Source: Candidatus Magasanikiibacteriota bacterium (lineage in GTDB: Bacteria; Patescibacteriota; Patescibacteriia; Magasanikbacterales; UBA922). From it: DNA of 64,000 nt. Below the pieces are notes generated by a model. The model was not told the origin of the DNA. It ran no database searches and was given only the letters and a program-made list of their open reading frames with translations. Below, in pieces: positions 47,772 to 58,627 of this stretch. Numbering within the stretch: position 1 is the stretch's first letter; each line of letters starts with the position of its first letter. The position numbers and the translations under genes are program-made. The DNA is taken from assembly GCA_003482855.1 (NCBI GenBank), contig DMXO01000002.1, positions 210,635-274,634 on the forward strand, in the 5' to 3' direction.

Positions 47772-49226
47772 TTAACCAAGAAAACCACGCATGTGTGCCG
47801 CTACCAAAACCTGTTCACCTACATCACTCGCTGGATTTTCTTTGATACGGTTGGCTATATCATCAGTCAACTCTCTAGAGTCTTTGTTTGGTTCTACATC
47901 TCCAAACCTCCTATCAATATAAGCCTTCAATTCCAGAGGAACAAATGGAGAAAGAGGATTATAAAACGTAAGTGCGGAGCGCATATCGTATTCAAAATTG
48001 CCATAGCATTCTCCCAATGTCTTGATATCCTCATCTGACAACGCATTCAAACCCAATAGTTCAGGAGGAATACCAAGAGAATATAATGAAGCTGTAAACG
48101 TAATAGCGCGAGGTAATTTGGAGTCATCAAATGCGCGAGAATAACCAAAGAGCCCAACATGGAGCTTACGTTTACGACGTTTCGGCACATGCGATGCAAC
48201 CGCATTAATAACAGGGACAAGCGCCATGAGCTGACGCTGGTATTCGGCAGTGAAGCGATCAATAATATCAAGTATCTTTTCCTCATCTGCATGCACAGGT
48301 TCTTGCTGTTCATGTTGTTGTATGCGATTGATTGCTCTTTGAACTGTATCAGGTGCATTATCAAATTTAAATGAAGACTGAATGGTAAATGTCTGCACGC
48401 TTGGATAACCTTTGAGAATTTGGTCAACAGTCTCTGGACGAAAATTACCACGGAAAGGAGCAGAACCAACACCCAAAATAGGATATATAGAAATACCTAA
48501 TTCTTGTGAAAGCTTATGGAGTCTTTGCAACGCAATTTTATTGAGCAAAATTGCAGATAAATTTCCATAATTAACCGCAGGGTCAGAACGCGCCAAAAAC
48601 ACACGCTGGTATTCCACTTCTTTATCTTTCAAATAATCACGTACTATATCTGAACTCCTGAGTAAATGATCTTTATCTTCAAACAATGGAATTACATTAA
48701 TTTGTTCTGGCTTAAATTCCCCTATCCATTCTCTAATAGTTCCTCTATCACCAATAGTCTTATGCTGTTTGCCAACCACAAAATCTTTATAATAGTAATA
48801 CATCTTGTTGAGACTCTCGGCCGAAGTTGTCATGGGCAAAATAATTTCAAAAATGGGAGCTATATCACTACCATAAAATAATTTGGCTGCATCATATGAA
48901 CGCGGGATACTCTCAAGTGTTTCGAGCAACATTTTTGCTTCGGCTTTTTCTACTTCTGGATTAGGTACGCGCAACGTGAGCCTTACATCTTGTCCAAGTT
49001 TCTTTTCTCTAAAAAATGATTCATTTTTTGTAAGTAATTTTTTCACTACGAAATTGTCCACTTCTTTTCCTTCAAAATCCCACATTTGTTCATCACACCC
49101 GAGATGTGAGAATGCATAAAATGCTTCTTGTACCTCATCTTCACCACCCAAGAGTCCATTCTCAACAAAAAATGGCTGACGGACGTTGTCAGGATGTTGG
49201 GTGGACATTGTCTTTGGTATGTACAT
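47772..49226 (-). CDS. archaeal-type phosphoenolpyruvate carboxylase (PEPcase_2 family)
   Basis: N-terminal …PKTMSTQHPDN… signature and size (about 484 aa) match archaeal-type PEPC. Confidence 0.6.
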   Translation of the reverse strand: MYIPKTMSTQHPDNVRQPFFVENGLLGGEDEVQEAFYAFSHLGCDEQMWDFEGKEVDNFVVKKLLTKNESFFREKKLGQDVRLTLRVPNPEVEKAEAKMLLETLESIPRSYDAAKLFYGSDIAPIFEIILPMTTSAESLNKMYYYYKDFVVGKQHKTIGDRGTIREWIGEFKPEQINVIPLFEDKDHLLRSSDIVRDYLKDKEVEYQRVFLARSDPAVNYGNLSAILLNKIALQRLHKLSQELGISIYPILGVGSAPFRGNFRPETVDQILKGYPSVQTFTIQSSFKFDNAPDTVQRAINRIQQHEQQEPVHADEEKILDIIDRFTAEYQRQLMALVPVINAVASHVPKRRKRKLHVGLFGYSRAFDDSKLPRAITFTASLYSLGIPPELLGLNALSDEDIKTLGECYGNFEYDMRSALTFYNPLSPFVPLELKAYIDRRFGDVEPNKDSRELTDDIANRIKENPASDVGEQVLVAAHMRGFLG

Positions 49227-49275
49227 AGTACCTTTTTCATATAAAGACCAGTTTTGTTATGACTGGTCTTTGGTA

Positions 49276-51735
49276 TTATTTTCTCACTTCTGCTTTGAAT
49301 TTCTGTTCAAGCAGTTTGACCAGCTTGGCATGTATCTTGTCTACATCAGCAGTCTCAAGTGTCTTCTCTTTTGAGACATATGTAATATGATAGGCCAAGC
49401 TCTTTTTATTTTGACCGAGGTTCTCACCTTCGAAGACGTCAAATAATTCTACATTACCAATCAGTAAATCAACAGCTTTAATTTCTTTTACCACATCTGT
49501 ATGCAGGACAGTCTTGTGTACTACAAATGCAACATCACGCATTACTTCTGGATATTCTGAAAGTCTATGATATACACTCTTGAAAGAAATGAGTAGTAAT
49601 AGAGAATTCAAATCTATTTCGGAGAGAGCAACTTGAGATACTATACCAAATCGCGTCTGCTTCTCTGGATGAAGCTCTGCAATATATCCGATGCGGACAC
49701 CACCAACTTCCACATGAGCAAAACGACTCGGATGAAACCATGACGCCATATGGTCAGTCGATGATTCTAATGTACATTCAAGCCCCAGCCTCTGTAATAT
49801 TGTAGTCACGACATGCGACACTTCAAAAAATGGCTTTTTGTCTCCTTTTGCTGAATATGCCACTCCCCACATAGTATCCTGTTTCGGAAGCAAATAATCA
49901 CTTCCTTTCCACTCTCGCTCCCCTACCTCTTCTTTCCAAAAAACTTTACCAATTTCAAACAAACGAACTTCATCAAATGAATGTATATTCTTTTCAATAT
50001 TTTCCAAAAGATTTGGTATAAGACTTCTACGCAAATAAGGACGATCTTTTGCAATCGGATTATCAAGCTCAATATGTTCTTCGAGATTCAAGTCCAATAA
50101 CTTCAATATATGTGGTGAAACAAACGAATAATTATAACTTTCTGCAAAATGGTGTTCAAGCGAAACTAAATCTTTTATTTTTCGCTCAAGCGCACGTAGT
50201 TCATTTTTTTCTGGTGGCGTAATTGAAAAAATCGGTAATTGTGATTCAATATTACCAAATCCATATATACGTGCCACTTCTTCGACAATATCTTCGGCAA
50301 TAGAAATATCTTTTGTCGCGCGCCAAGTTGGAATTTTTATCTTCATTACATTCTTCTTTTCTTCAACAGAAAAGCCTAATCTGTACAAAATAGCAACAAC
50401 TTCTTTATGATCTATTTCCTTCCCAATCTTTTTGGTAAGAAAATTGAGGTCAAATTCAATTGGTCCTTGATACAAATGAAAATTTTTAATATCGGCGACA
50501 TTACTCACGACTTTTGCTTGAGGACACATCTCCAAAAGCAATTCTATAGCCCGCCTCATTGCCAATTCTACATTATGAGGATCCTGACCTTTCTCAAAAC
50601 GCATAGACGCATCAGAGCGTATGCCATACTTAGTTGAGGTTTTACGAATATTTGTTGCATCAAAATTTGCTGCTTCGAATACAACTATCTTTGTTTCATG
50701 TGTTATCTCACTATTCTTACCCCCCATTACACCACCAATATCTACTGCCTTTTCTTCATCTGCAACCAAAAGAACGTTATTATCAAATGTATATTCTTTA
50801 TCATCAAGTGTAGTAAATTTCTCTCCTTCTTGAGCTCGTCTAATAACAAAAGTTAATTTATCTTTCTTGACTGTCAATTTTGACGCATCAAACGCATGCA
50901 TGGGTTGACCTAAATCGCAGGTAATGTAATTAGTGATATCCACAATATTATTTATTGGACGCACACCCACTGACATCAAACTTTTTTGTAGCCAAATAGG
51001 TGAAGGACCGACAACAACTCCGTCCACTGCGACCGACATATAACGATAACACAAATCCTTTGTTTGGTTATCAATTTTAATGTTTATCCCTTTCCCAGGC
51101 TTAATTTCTGATGTCTTATATTCTTTCAAATCTTTTTTGAACAGTACACCAACTTCTCGCGCTATACCATAATGTCCCCATAAATCTGGACGATGGGAAA
51201 GAGATTTATTGTCGATTTCAAAAATAGCATCATCCAAATCAAGTGCTTTAGCAAGAGGCTGCCCAACCTTTTTTTCACCGACCACGGTCAAATCCAAAAT
51301 TTCTTTTTCATCTTTTAGAGGAAACATCTCGCCCAAACCGATTTCAGTTGATGCACAAATCATACCGTATGATTCGATATCACGAATCTTTACTTTTTTT
51401 AATTCAACCAATTCACCCTCTCCGTGCCAACGTACTTTTGCCCCCAAACCTGCCAAAGCAACGAGCATTCCCTCACGTACATTTGAACCCCCACAGACTA
51501 TTTGCACTGGGTATTTTTCACCAAATTCTACAGTACACACATTCAGTTTGTCAGCGTTGGGGTGTCTTTGTACACTTGCCACCTTGCCCACAACAATATT
51601 ATCAAGATATTTGCCTTGGTATTCAATTTTTTCTACTTCAACTGTACTTAATTTTAATTTGTCGGCAATATCTTGTACAGAAATTGAATTAGGGAGATCA
51701 ATATATTGTCTAAGCCAATTGTAACTAATCAACAT
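49276..51735 (-). CDS. pheT: phenylalanine--tRNA ligase beta subunit
   Basis: tRNA-binding N-domain, B3/4, B5, FDX-ACB; 819 aa. Confidence 0.9.
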   Translation of the reverse strand: MLISYNWLRQYIDLPNSISVQDIADKLKLSTVEVEKIEYQGKYLDNIVVGKVASVQRHPNADKLNVCTVEFGEKYPVQIVCGGSNVREGMLVALAGLGAKVRWHGEGELVELKKVKIRDIESYGMICASTEIGLGEMFPLKDEKEILDLTVVGEKKVGQPLAKALDLDDAIFEIDNKSLSHRPDLWGHYGIAREVGVLFKKDLKEYKTSEIKPGKGINIKIDNQTKDLCYRYMSVAVDGVVVGPSPIWLQKSLMSVGVRPINNIVDITNYITCDLGQPMHAFDASKLTVKKDKLTFVIRRAQEGEKFTTLDDKEYTFDNNVLLVADEEKAVDIGGVMGGKNSEITHETKIVVFEAANFDATNIRKTSTKYGIRSDASMRFEKGQDPHNVELAMRRAIELLLEMCPQAKVVSNVADIKNFHLYQGPIEFDLNFLTKKIGKEIDHKEVVAILYRLGFSVEEKKNVMKIKIPTWRATKDISIAEDIVEEVARIYGFGNIESQLPIFSITPPEKNELRALERKIKDLVSLEHHFAESYNYSFVSPHILKLLDLNLEEHIELDNPIAKDRPYLRRSLIPNLLENIEKNIHSFDEVRLFEIGKVFWKEEVGEREWKGSDYLLPKQDTMWGVAYSAKGDKKPFFEVSHVVTTILQRLGLECTLESSTDHMASWFHPSRFAHVEVGGVRIGYIAELHPEKQTRFGIVSQVALSEIDLNSLLLLISFKSVYHRLSEYPEVMRDVAFVVHKTVLHTDVVKEIKAVDLLIGNVELFDVFEGENLGQNKKSLAYHITYVSKEKTLETADVDKIHAKLVKLLEQKFKAEVRK

Positions 51736-51743
51736 ATTTTTAT

Positions 51744-52802
51744 TTAAAATTGATTGAGAAATTTGAGATCACCACTCTTCATCACGCGTATTTCATCAAT
51801 CCCATATTTAAGCATCACCAGACGATCCAAACCAAAGCCAAATGCAAAACCCTGATACTCTTTTGGATCCAAACCACACTCTTTGATAACGTTTGGATGA
51901 GTCATCCCTGCGCCAAAAATTTCAAGCCAGCCAGATTGCTTGCATACCCGGCATCCTGACCCTTTACATAGTGAACAGGTGACTTCTCCATTTACACCAG
52001 GCTCAACAAATGGATAATACTTCGGACGAAAACGCACCAGGGTTTCTTGCCCATACAAATGCTTGGCAACAACTTCCAATACTGCTTTCAGATGAGAAAA
52101 ATTAATATCTTTGTCGATGACCATGCCTTCTACTTGATACAAGGTGTGTTCATGCCGTGCATCAGTTGCTTCATTACGAAAACAGCGTCCTGGTACAATC
52201 ATACGGAGTGGCGCACCATATTTCTCCAACGCACGTGCCTGATTTGGTGATGTATGTGTGCGCATGACCCACGGTGATTGATCATTGGATACATCACCTT
52301 GGTTATGTCCTTTGATATAGAAGGTGTCTTGCATATCACGTGCTGGATGTGTAGCAGTAATATTTACTGCTTCAAAATTGTAATAATCACTCTCAAGTTC
52401 AGGCCCATCAAGCACCATGAAACCCATAGAAGTAAATAAATCCTCCAAATCATTTTGTACAAGTGTAATAGGATGCAAATGACCTTTTGGTTCTACGGAT
52501 AGTTTTGGTTGTGTTATATCAATACATTCTTTCTCCAGAATATTCCCCCATTCGTGCTGTTGCAACTCACCTTTTCTCTTCGTATATATTTCTTCAAGCT
52601 CACTTTTGACCTGATTCGCCAACTTGCCAAATTCTTTGCGCGCTTCACCAGATAATTCTTTTAAATTTTTCATGATTTCGCTCATTTCACCGGACTTGCG
52701 TGAAAAAAATCTTTGATAGAGTTCATCAAGCTTTAAAATATCATTGACTTCGCTAATCGATTTTTTGAATTCTTGTTCTAATTTTTCAAGTTGTTGTTTC
52801 AT
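51744..52802 (-). CDS. pheS: phenylalanine--tRNA ligase alpha subunit
   Basis: Class II aaRS motifs; adjacent to pheT. Confidence 0.9.
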   Translation of the reverse strand: MKQQLEKLEQEFKKSISEVNDILKLDELYQRFFSRKSGEMSEIMKNLKELSGEARKEFGKLANQVKSELEEIYTKRKGELQQHEWGNILEKECIDITQPKLSVEPKGHLHPITLVQNDLEDLFTSMGFMVLDGPELESDYYNFEAVNITATHPARDMQDTFYIKGHNQGDVSNDQSPWVMRTHTSPNQARALEKYGAPLRMIVPGRCFRNEATDARHEHTLYQVEGMVIDKDINFSHLKAVLEVVAKHLYGQETLVRFRPKYYPFVEPGVNGEVTCSLCKGSGCRVCKQSGWLEIFGAGMTHPNVIKECGLDPKEYQGFAFGFGLDRLVMLKYGIDEIRVMKSGDLKFLNQF

Positions 52803-52852
52803 AAAAACAAATTATTTTCTATTTCCATTTCTAGGACTACGAAAATCAGGCC

Positions 52853-53239
52853 TCAAAAGTTCCCACCTGTTTCAGTGCCTTCATCTGGTCTCTCGCCTCG
52901 TCTAGCTTCTGGATGCAAGACATCAGTCACTTCTTGACCCAATGTTCTTTCAAAAGCACGCAAACGTTCCAAAATACCATTATAATCCAATTGTGTATCG
53001 TGGGCTACTTCCATCTCATGGGCAAAAGACTCTGCTAATCTCTGAAGTAATAGACCTAATGCAATTTCTACATCTCTTAAAGGTATATTTTGTTGATCCA
53101 AAACAGCAAGCATGTCACACAAAAAAGCCTCGCTATCATCGCCAACACCAAAATCAGCAACCCGAGGAAATTGTTCTCTAAATCGTCTTTCCAAAATCTT
53201 TTTTATGCGGGCCCTTTGTAATTCATCGAGTGGATCCAT
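52853..53239 (-). CDS. hypothetical acidic protein
   Basis: ORF only. Confidence 0.4.
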   Translation of the reverse strand: MDPLDELQRARIKKILERRFREQFPRVADFGVGDDSEAFLCDMLAVLDQQNIPLRDVEIALGLLLQRLAESFAHEMEVAHDTQLDYNGILERLRAFERTLGQEVTDVLHPEARRGERPDEGTETGGNF

Positions 53240-53255
53240 AGTGCCTAATTACAAA

Positions 53256-54425
53256 CTAAAACAATTTCACCACATCTCTAAATGTCACCACAACCACAAG
53301 CCCCATCAATAATACAAAACCTATCGTATGTGCGAGCTGTTCATACTTCATAGGCACGGGACGTCTAATTATTTTGCCTATCAAAATAAATAATACACGA
53401 CCACCATCAAGCGCAGGTATAGGCAAAATATTGATTGCAGCAAGACTAAGCGACAGCATCGCAGTAACATTTAAGAGATAACTAAAACCTAACCTTGCAC
53501 TCTGCCCCACAATCGTAGCAATGCCCACAGGTCCTGCAACATCAAATAGAAGTCCTTGACCCAAAATCAAATTTTTCAATAAATAATAAAACGCGATAAA
53601 AATATTGATAAGCCCAAAAAATGCAGCAACAAATCCTTTGTATATCGCAATATACCACGGATAACGAATAACTCCTGCTTCAGCAATAGCAACCCCGATG
53701 TTGGGATCTTGTCCTCCCTCAATTATACGTGGTGTAACCATGACATTCAATTCCTCTTCTCCACGCATGATATGAACAACAATTTCTACGCCTTCGTGTG
53801 CGTCTATATATTCATTCATTTGTGCTGCGCTAGCTATTTTCACACCATCTAATCCAACCAATTTGTCGCCAAACTGTATCCCAGCTTCTGCTGCTGGAGT
53901 ATCAACTTGAACTTGTTGGATGACAACACTTGGTTCTTCGACAACTATAGCAGAGGCATCAACACCCGCTGACATGTCTGCTGGCAAACCAGCCATAAAT
54001 CCTATACCAAGTACCACGCCTGCCAAAATCACATTCATAGTGACCCCTGCAACAAGCACGACGACACGTTGCCATGCCTTCTTACTGCCAAAGCTGTCTG
54101 AATCCTGTGCTTCGTCTCCATTTTCTCCCTTGATACGCACAAATCCTCCTATAGGCAATAGGTTAATTGACCACAACATGCCAGGAAATTCATCCTGCTG
54201 TTCATCTCCAGAAATTGTCTTTTTGAGACTACTCTTCCCTTTACCCCAGACGATTTTTATTTTCTTTGTCTCAGGATCTCTATAAAAACTAAAAACTCGG
54301 GGTGGATACCCAAACCCAAACTCATATACTTTCATCCCGCTCATACGCGCAGTGACAAAATGTCCAAACTCATGCCCCAATACGAGAATACCAAGGATGA
54401 TAATAAAAATAAGTAATGTCATCAT
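53256..54425 (-). CDS. rseP: RIP site-2 metalloprotease (M50, RseP-like) with PDZ
   Basis: LGHEFGHFVTAR HExxH, PDZ segment, LDGG motif. Confidence 0.8.
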   Translation of the reverse strand: MMTLLIFIIILGILVLGHEFGHFVTARMSGMKVYEFGFGYPPRVFSFYRDPETKKIKIVWGKGKSSLKKTISGDEQQDEFPGMLWSINLLPIGGFVRIKGENGDEAQDSDSFGSKKAWQRVVVLVAGVTMNVILAGVVLGIGFMAGLPADMSAGVDASAIVVEEPSVVIQQVQVDTPAAEAGIQFGDKLVGLDGVKIASAAQMNEYIDAHEGVEIVVHIMRGEEELNVMVTPRIIEGGQDPNIGVAIAEAGVIRYPWYIAIYKGFVAAFFGLINIFIAFYYLLKNLILGQGLLFDVAGPVGIATIVGQSARLGFSYLLNVTAMLSLSLAAINILPIPALDGGRVLFILIGKIIRRPVPMKYEQLAHTIGFVLLMGLVVVVTFRDVVKLF

Positions 54426-54515
54426 AGATAAAAACAGCTAAACCATTGACTAAATACAACAAAATTATGTAAAATAACAGTACTATTATCTCATATAGTA
54501 GTAGGTAAATCAATA

Positions 54516-55112
54516 GTGGAACATTATCCACATAATACACTCGTATATATGACTTTAATTTATGTGATCTTGGCTGTCCTCGCTGTATTCATCCTCTGGA
54601 TGATTGGCGTATACAATGGCCTGATCCGTCTTCGCAATCGTACCAAGGAAAGCTGGAGTGACATCGATGTCCAATTGAAACGTCGCTATGACCTCATTCC
54701 AAATTTGGTATCAAGTGTCAAAGGTTATATGACACATGAACGAGGACTCCTCGAAAATGTAACCAAATTCCGTGCAGAAGCCATGAAAGCACAAGAAGCT
54801 GGCGACACTCAGGGTATTGTTCGTGCAGAAAATCAACTCGGTGGATTTATGCGCGACCTCAAAGTGGCAATGGAAGCATACCCAGATTTGAAAGCAAACC
54901 AACAGGTCGGGCAACTTATGGATGAACTCTCTGACACTGAAAACAAAATTATGGCATCTCGCCGTTTCTACAATGGAAATGTCCGCGACTTCAACACCAA
55001 GATGGAAGTATTCCCTACCAATATGATCGCTAGCATGCTTAAATTTACTAAGTTTGAATTTTTTGAGATTGAAGATGCGAAAGAGAGACAAAATGTTGAG
55101 GTAAAACTATAA
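54516..55112 (+). CDS. lemA: LemA-family protein
   Basis: N-terminal TM + LemA core (NGLIRLRN...SWSDIDVQLKRRYDLIPNLV). Confidence 0.8.
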   Translation: MEHYPHNTLVYMTLIYVILAVLAVFILWMIGVYNGLIRLRNRTKESWSDIDVQLKRRYDLIPNLVSSVKGYMTHERGLLENVTKFRAEAMKAQEAGDTQGIVRAENQLGGFMRDLKVAMEAYPDLKANQQVGQLMDELSDTENKIMASRRFYNGNVRDFNTKMEVFPTNMIASMLKFTKFEFFEIEDAKERQNVEVKL

Positions 55113-55197
55113 AAGCTCATAAGGCCGACGAGGCTTACAAAGCCCATGATGCTTTTGTAAGCCTTGCAAGCATTGTAAGCTTTATAAACCTTTTATT

Positions 55198-56085
55198 ATG
55201 TACAATCAAATCGATTCTAACAAACGAAAAACAAACCTCCTTATACTTATTTTTACCGTATTCATTATAGCTATTGGCTGGTTTCTCAATGTATATATGG
55301 GGTATGGCTATGGGAGTGTTGTACTTGCAGTCATTATTTCAGTTGTTATGACACTTCTAAGCTATTACAAAGGCGACGCCATAGCCTTGCGCTCGACAGG
55401 AGCAAAACAAATTCAGAAAGAAGAAAATCCTTACGTGTATCGCATGGTAGAAAATATGGCGATTACTGCAGGACTACCTATGCCAAAAGTGTATATAATA
55501 AACTCCCCAGCCCTCAATGCTTTTGCAACAGGGCGTGACCCGGAGCATGCATCTGTTGCCGTAACAACTGGTATAGTACAAGCACTTGAAAACGAAGAGC
55601 TTGAGGGTGTCATCGCGCATGAAATGTCACATATAAAAAACTATGACATCCGTGTCATGACTATTGTGGTCGTCCTCGTCGGCGCAATTTCTCTTTTGAG
55701 TAATTGGTTCTTCCGTGCACGCCTTCTAGGGGGTGACCGACGTGGTGGAAACAAAAGTGGTGGCCAGCTTGGCTCAATCATTATGATTGTAGGTCTTGTT
55801 CTTCTCATCCTCTCTCCTATTATTGCAGAACTTATCAAACTCGCCATTTCACGTAAACGAGAATATTTGGCTGATGCATCAGGATCTCTCCTCACTCGCT
55901 ACCCCGAAGGATTGGCTCGAGCACTTGAAAAAATATCCAAATCGACCGAACCATTACCAACGGCAAGTGCGGCTACTGCCCATCTTTTTATTTCAAATCC
56001 ATTCAAAAAACAAAACTTCACCAGCCTTTTTTCTACTCATCCACCAATTACTGACCGTATTGAAAAACTACGAAACATGGCTTAA
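55198..56085 (+). CDS. htpX: HtpX-like M48 zinc protease
   Basis: HEMSHIKNYD HExxH, four TM segments; lemA-htpX pair. Confidence 0.85.
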   Translation: MYNQIDSNKRKTNLLILIFTVFIIAIGWFLNVYMGYGYGSVVLAVIISVVMTLLSYYKGDAIALRSTGAKQIQKEENPYVYRMVENMAITAGLPMPKVYIINSPALNAFATGRDPEHASVAVTTGIVQALENEELEGVIAHEMSHIKNYDIRVMTIVVVLVGAISLLSNWFFRARLLGGDRRGGNKSGGQLGSIIMIVGLVLLILSPIIAELIKLAISRKREYLADASGSLLTRYPEGLARALEKISKSTEPLPTASAATAHLFISNPFKKQNFTSLFSTHPPITDRIEKLRNMA

Positions 56086-56187
56086 CAAACACAGGTCTAC
56101 ACGTCATAAACTGCCACCACCTGGAGGGCAGTTTTATTTATTGTTAGTCTTTCTTTTTGCTATTGAGAGTGGTACTATATAAACATT

Positions 56188-56850
56188 ATGAAGACATATA
56201 GACATCACATAATAACCAACTTCCCCCAAAACACATCCATTTTCAAAAAACTTTTTGCAAATATAATGTTTCTGGTTGGTGTCACCAAGATAACAACACG
56301 CCCCAATGGACTAACAAAAGATGATTATCACAAAGCACTTCATGTGGTGCGCAGAGGAGATGTTATATTGGTGGGAAGTTTGAGACGAGTAAGCAAATTT
56401 TTCATACGCGGGCCGGTGACTCACGCCGCACTCTACATTGGCAAAGGCAAAGTCATACACGCTATATCTGACGGGGTGCAAAAAGATATATTTAGAGAAT
56501 TTTTTTCTGAATATGACACACTCGCCATAATGAGGGCAAACATAGAAGCAGATAAAAAACAAATTATAAAAAAATCTATTTCATACGCCAAAAAACAAAT
56601 AGGTAAACCATTCAATTTTTTTCTCACACCAAGCCAACAAGAATTATTTTGTAGCCAACTTATAAATAATGCATTCCACCACGCCAACTTCAACACAGGA
56701 ATAACAAATTATAGCGAAGCAAAAGATATTATACGCAAAGAGATTGCAGCAACGAGAGCACTACACCCAAAAAACTTTGTTTATGCAAATTTTTCACTCA
56801 TCTTTGCATCTTCCTCACTCAAAAAATATATAGATGAAAAAATAATCTAA
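56188..56850 (+). CDS. YiiX-like permuted papain/NlpC-P60-like hypothetical protein
   Basis: Weak: conserved Cys/His arrangement (ELFCSQLI…HHANF); low confidence. Confidence 0.35.
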   Translation: MKTYRHHIITNFPQNTSIFKKLFANIMFLVGVTKITTRPNGLTKDDYHKALHVVRRGDVILVGSLRRVSKFFIRGPVTHAALYIGKGKVIHAISDGVQKDIFREFFSEYDTLAIMRANIEADKKQIIKKSISYAKKQIGKPFNFFLTPSQQELFCSQLINNAFHHANFNTGITNYSEAKDIIRKEIAATRALHPKNFVYANFSLIFASSSLKKYIDEKII

Positions 56851-56856
56851 ACCATT

Positions 56857-57549
56857 ATGACACCACATACCAATGAAGCTGTGTGCCCCATCTGTCATGT
56901 GACACTCTCATATAATCCACGCTACCCACAGTATGTGTGCAATGCATGCACGATGCGTGCTCAAGATAAAAATGGAAGAAGATTAGAATTTTTTAATACC
57001 GATATATCTGGCGGATATACAGCGCGATACGCTGACACACAGGAGGTATACACTAGCCACGAATGCTACATAGATGGTGTACCATGTGAAGCTCAAGAAG
57101 CTAAATTTGGCGGTATCGTCATTATCCCCATAGAAAAATCAAATACATCCATAAAAGTCAAGTTGAACAAAAAATTCACATACCTCATGTGGATACTTGG
57201 CATATGCAGTTTTGGTTTTATACCCCTTCTATACAAATTACTTGTACTCAAAAGATATCCACTTGTGGTAGATAACGTGGGCCTAACTATGCGAAATAAA
57301 AAAAAATATTTGTGGGGTGATATACAACGTATTGAACAAGCACATGTTTCAGTATATGGCGTGACCCAAATACCAGGGGCTATAGAGTTATACTTCAAAG
57401 AGAATGACAAAATTAAATATGTAGCTATACCATTAAAATTTATATATGAGGGAGAAAAAATAATGAAACTCATTACAGACATGTGTGAAACAAAACATAT
57501 ACCTATCACACACAAAACTTTGTCTCCTCACATTCCCAAAAAAATATGA
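56857..57549 (+). CDS. zinc-ribbon-containing membrane protein (hypothetical)
   Basis: CPICH…CNAC pairs; TM WILGICSFGFIPLLYKLLVL. Confidence 0.4.
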   Translation: MTPHTNEAVCPICHVTLSYNPRYPQYVCNACTMRAQDKNGRRLEFFNTDISGGYTARYADTQEVYTSHECYIDGVPCEAQEAKFGGIVIIPIEKSNTSIKVKLNKKFTYLMWILGICSFGFIPLLYKLLVLKRYPLVVDNVGLTMRNKKKYLWGDIQRIEQAHVSVYGVTQIPGAIELYFKENDKIKYVAIPLKFIYEGEKIMKLITDMCETKHIPITHKTLSPHIPKKI

Positions 57550-57971
57550 AACTTATAACCCACGACGAAAAAAGGAGTATCTACATACTCCGCCTCGACC
57601 GCGGTGATGAATTGAAAGAAACGCTTGCACAATTTTGTACAGAAAACAAAATTACTGCTGGATATTTTTCTGGCATTGGTTCAACTGACAACTGTGTACT
57701 GGCATACTATGATGCGCAACAAAAACAATATATAGACCATACATTTATAGGGCACTACGAGGTCATTTCTATACATGGTAATATAAGTTTGATTGACGAA
57801 AATCCACTTATTCATGCCCACGTAGTCATTTCGGGATCAGATATGACAGCAAAAGCCGGGCATGTACAAAGTTTGATGACATACATCACCAATGAAATCA
57901 TGCTACAAAAACTTGATGGCGCAATTACGCGCAAACATTCCCCTGAGGATAATTTATTTTTGATAAAATAA
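57546..57971 (+). CDS. PPC/DUF296 domain protein
   Basis: Composition and length consistent with DUF296 (PCC) domain; tentative. Confidence 0.5.
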   Translation: MKLITHDEKRSIYILRLDRGDELKETLAQFCTENKITAGYFSGIGSTDNCVLAYYDAQQKQYIDHTFIGHYEVISIHGNISLIDENPLIHAHVVISGSDMTAKAGHVQSLMTYITNEIMLQKLDGAITRKHSPEDNLFLIK

Positions 57972-57972
57972 T

Positions 57973-58623
57973 ATGATATTCAATGGTGACAAAAAGGTTG
58001 GACAATCTATTCTCCACATTCCAGAAAAAAAATTTGTCGATGCCTACACCCCCAAAATTCCCCGATTTATAGAAACATATCATCTCACGTATATGACCAT
58101 ACTCTGGTCTGGTCTCATTGTGCTATTTGGATATTTAGCACAGGAAAACTTCCAATGGCTTTGGGGAATGTCAGTGTGTATTTTCATGCAATGGTTAACC
58201 GATGCATTCGATGGAGCTGTCGGACGCCTACGCAATACAGGTCTCATCAAATGGGGATACTACATGGACCATTTTCTTGATTACATATTCCTATGCTCAA
58301 TCATCATCGCGTATTCATTTATCATCCCCAATGAATATAAGCATCTTGTGTTTTTCATATTCGCGATAGTTGGTGCATTCATTGTCAACTCGTATCTGTC
58401 TTTTGCAGCGACAAATGAATTTCGCGTCAGTTATCTGGGAGTTGGACCGACTGAAGCACGCATTGTGTTTATTATTATAAATACACTTCTCATCATTTTT
58501 GGAAAAACATATATGGCATGGTCAATACCTCTTATCACAATGGGCGGAATGATAGGACTCATCTTCGTAGTACACCAGACGCAGAAATATATTTGGAATA
58601 TAGATATGAAGAATAAAAAATAA
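57973..58623 (+). CDS. CDP-alcohol phosphatidyltransferase family protein
   Basis: DAFDGAVGR…G…DHFLD matches D-G-x2-A-R…D-x3-D motif; polytopic. Confidence 0.6.
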   Translation: MIFNGDKKVGQSILHIPEKKFVDAYTPKIPRFIETYHLTYMTILWSGLIVLFGYLAQENFQWLWGMSVCIFMQWLTDAFDGAVGRLRNTGLIKWGYYMDHFLDYIFLCSIIIAYSFIIPNEYKHLVFFIFAIVGAFIVNSYLSFAATNEFRVSYLGVGPTEARIVFIIINTLLIIFGKTYMAWSIPLITMGGMIGLIFVVHQTQKYIWNIDMKNKK

Positions 58624-58627
58624 GACT

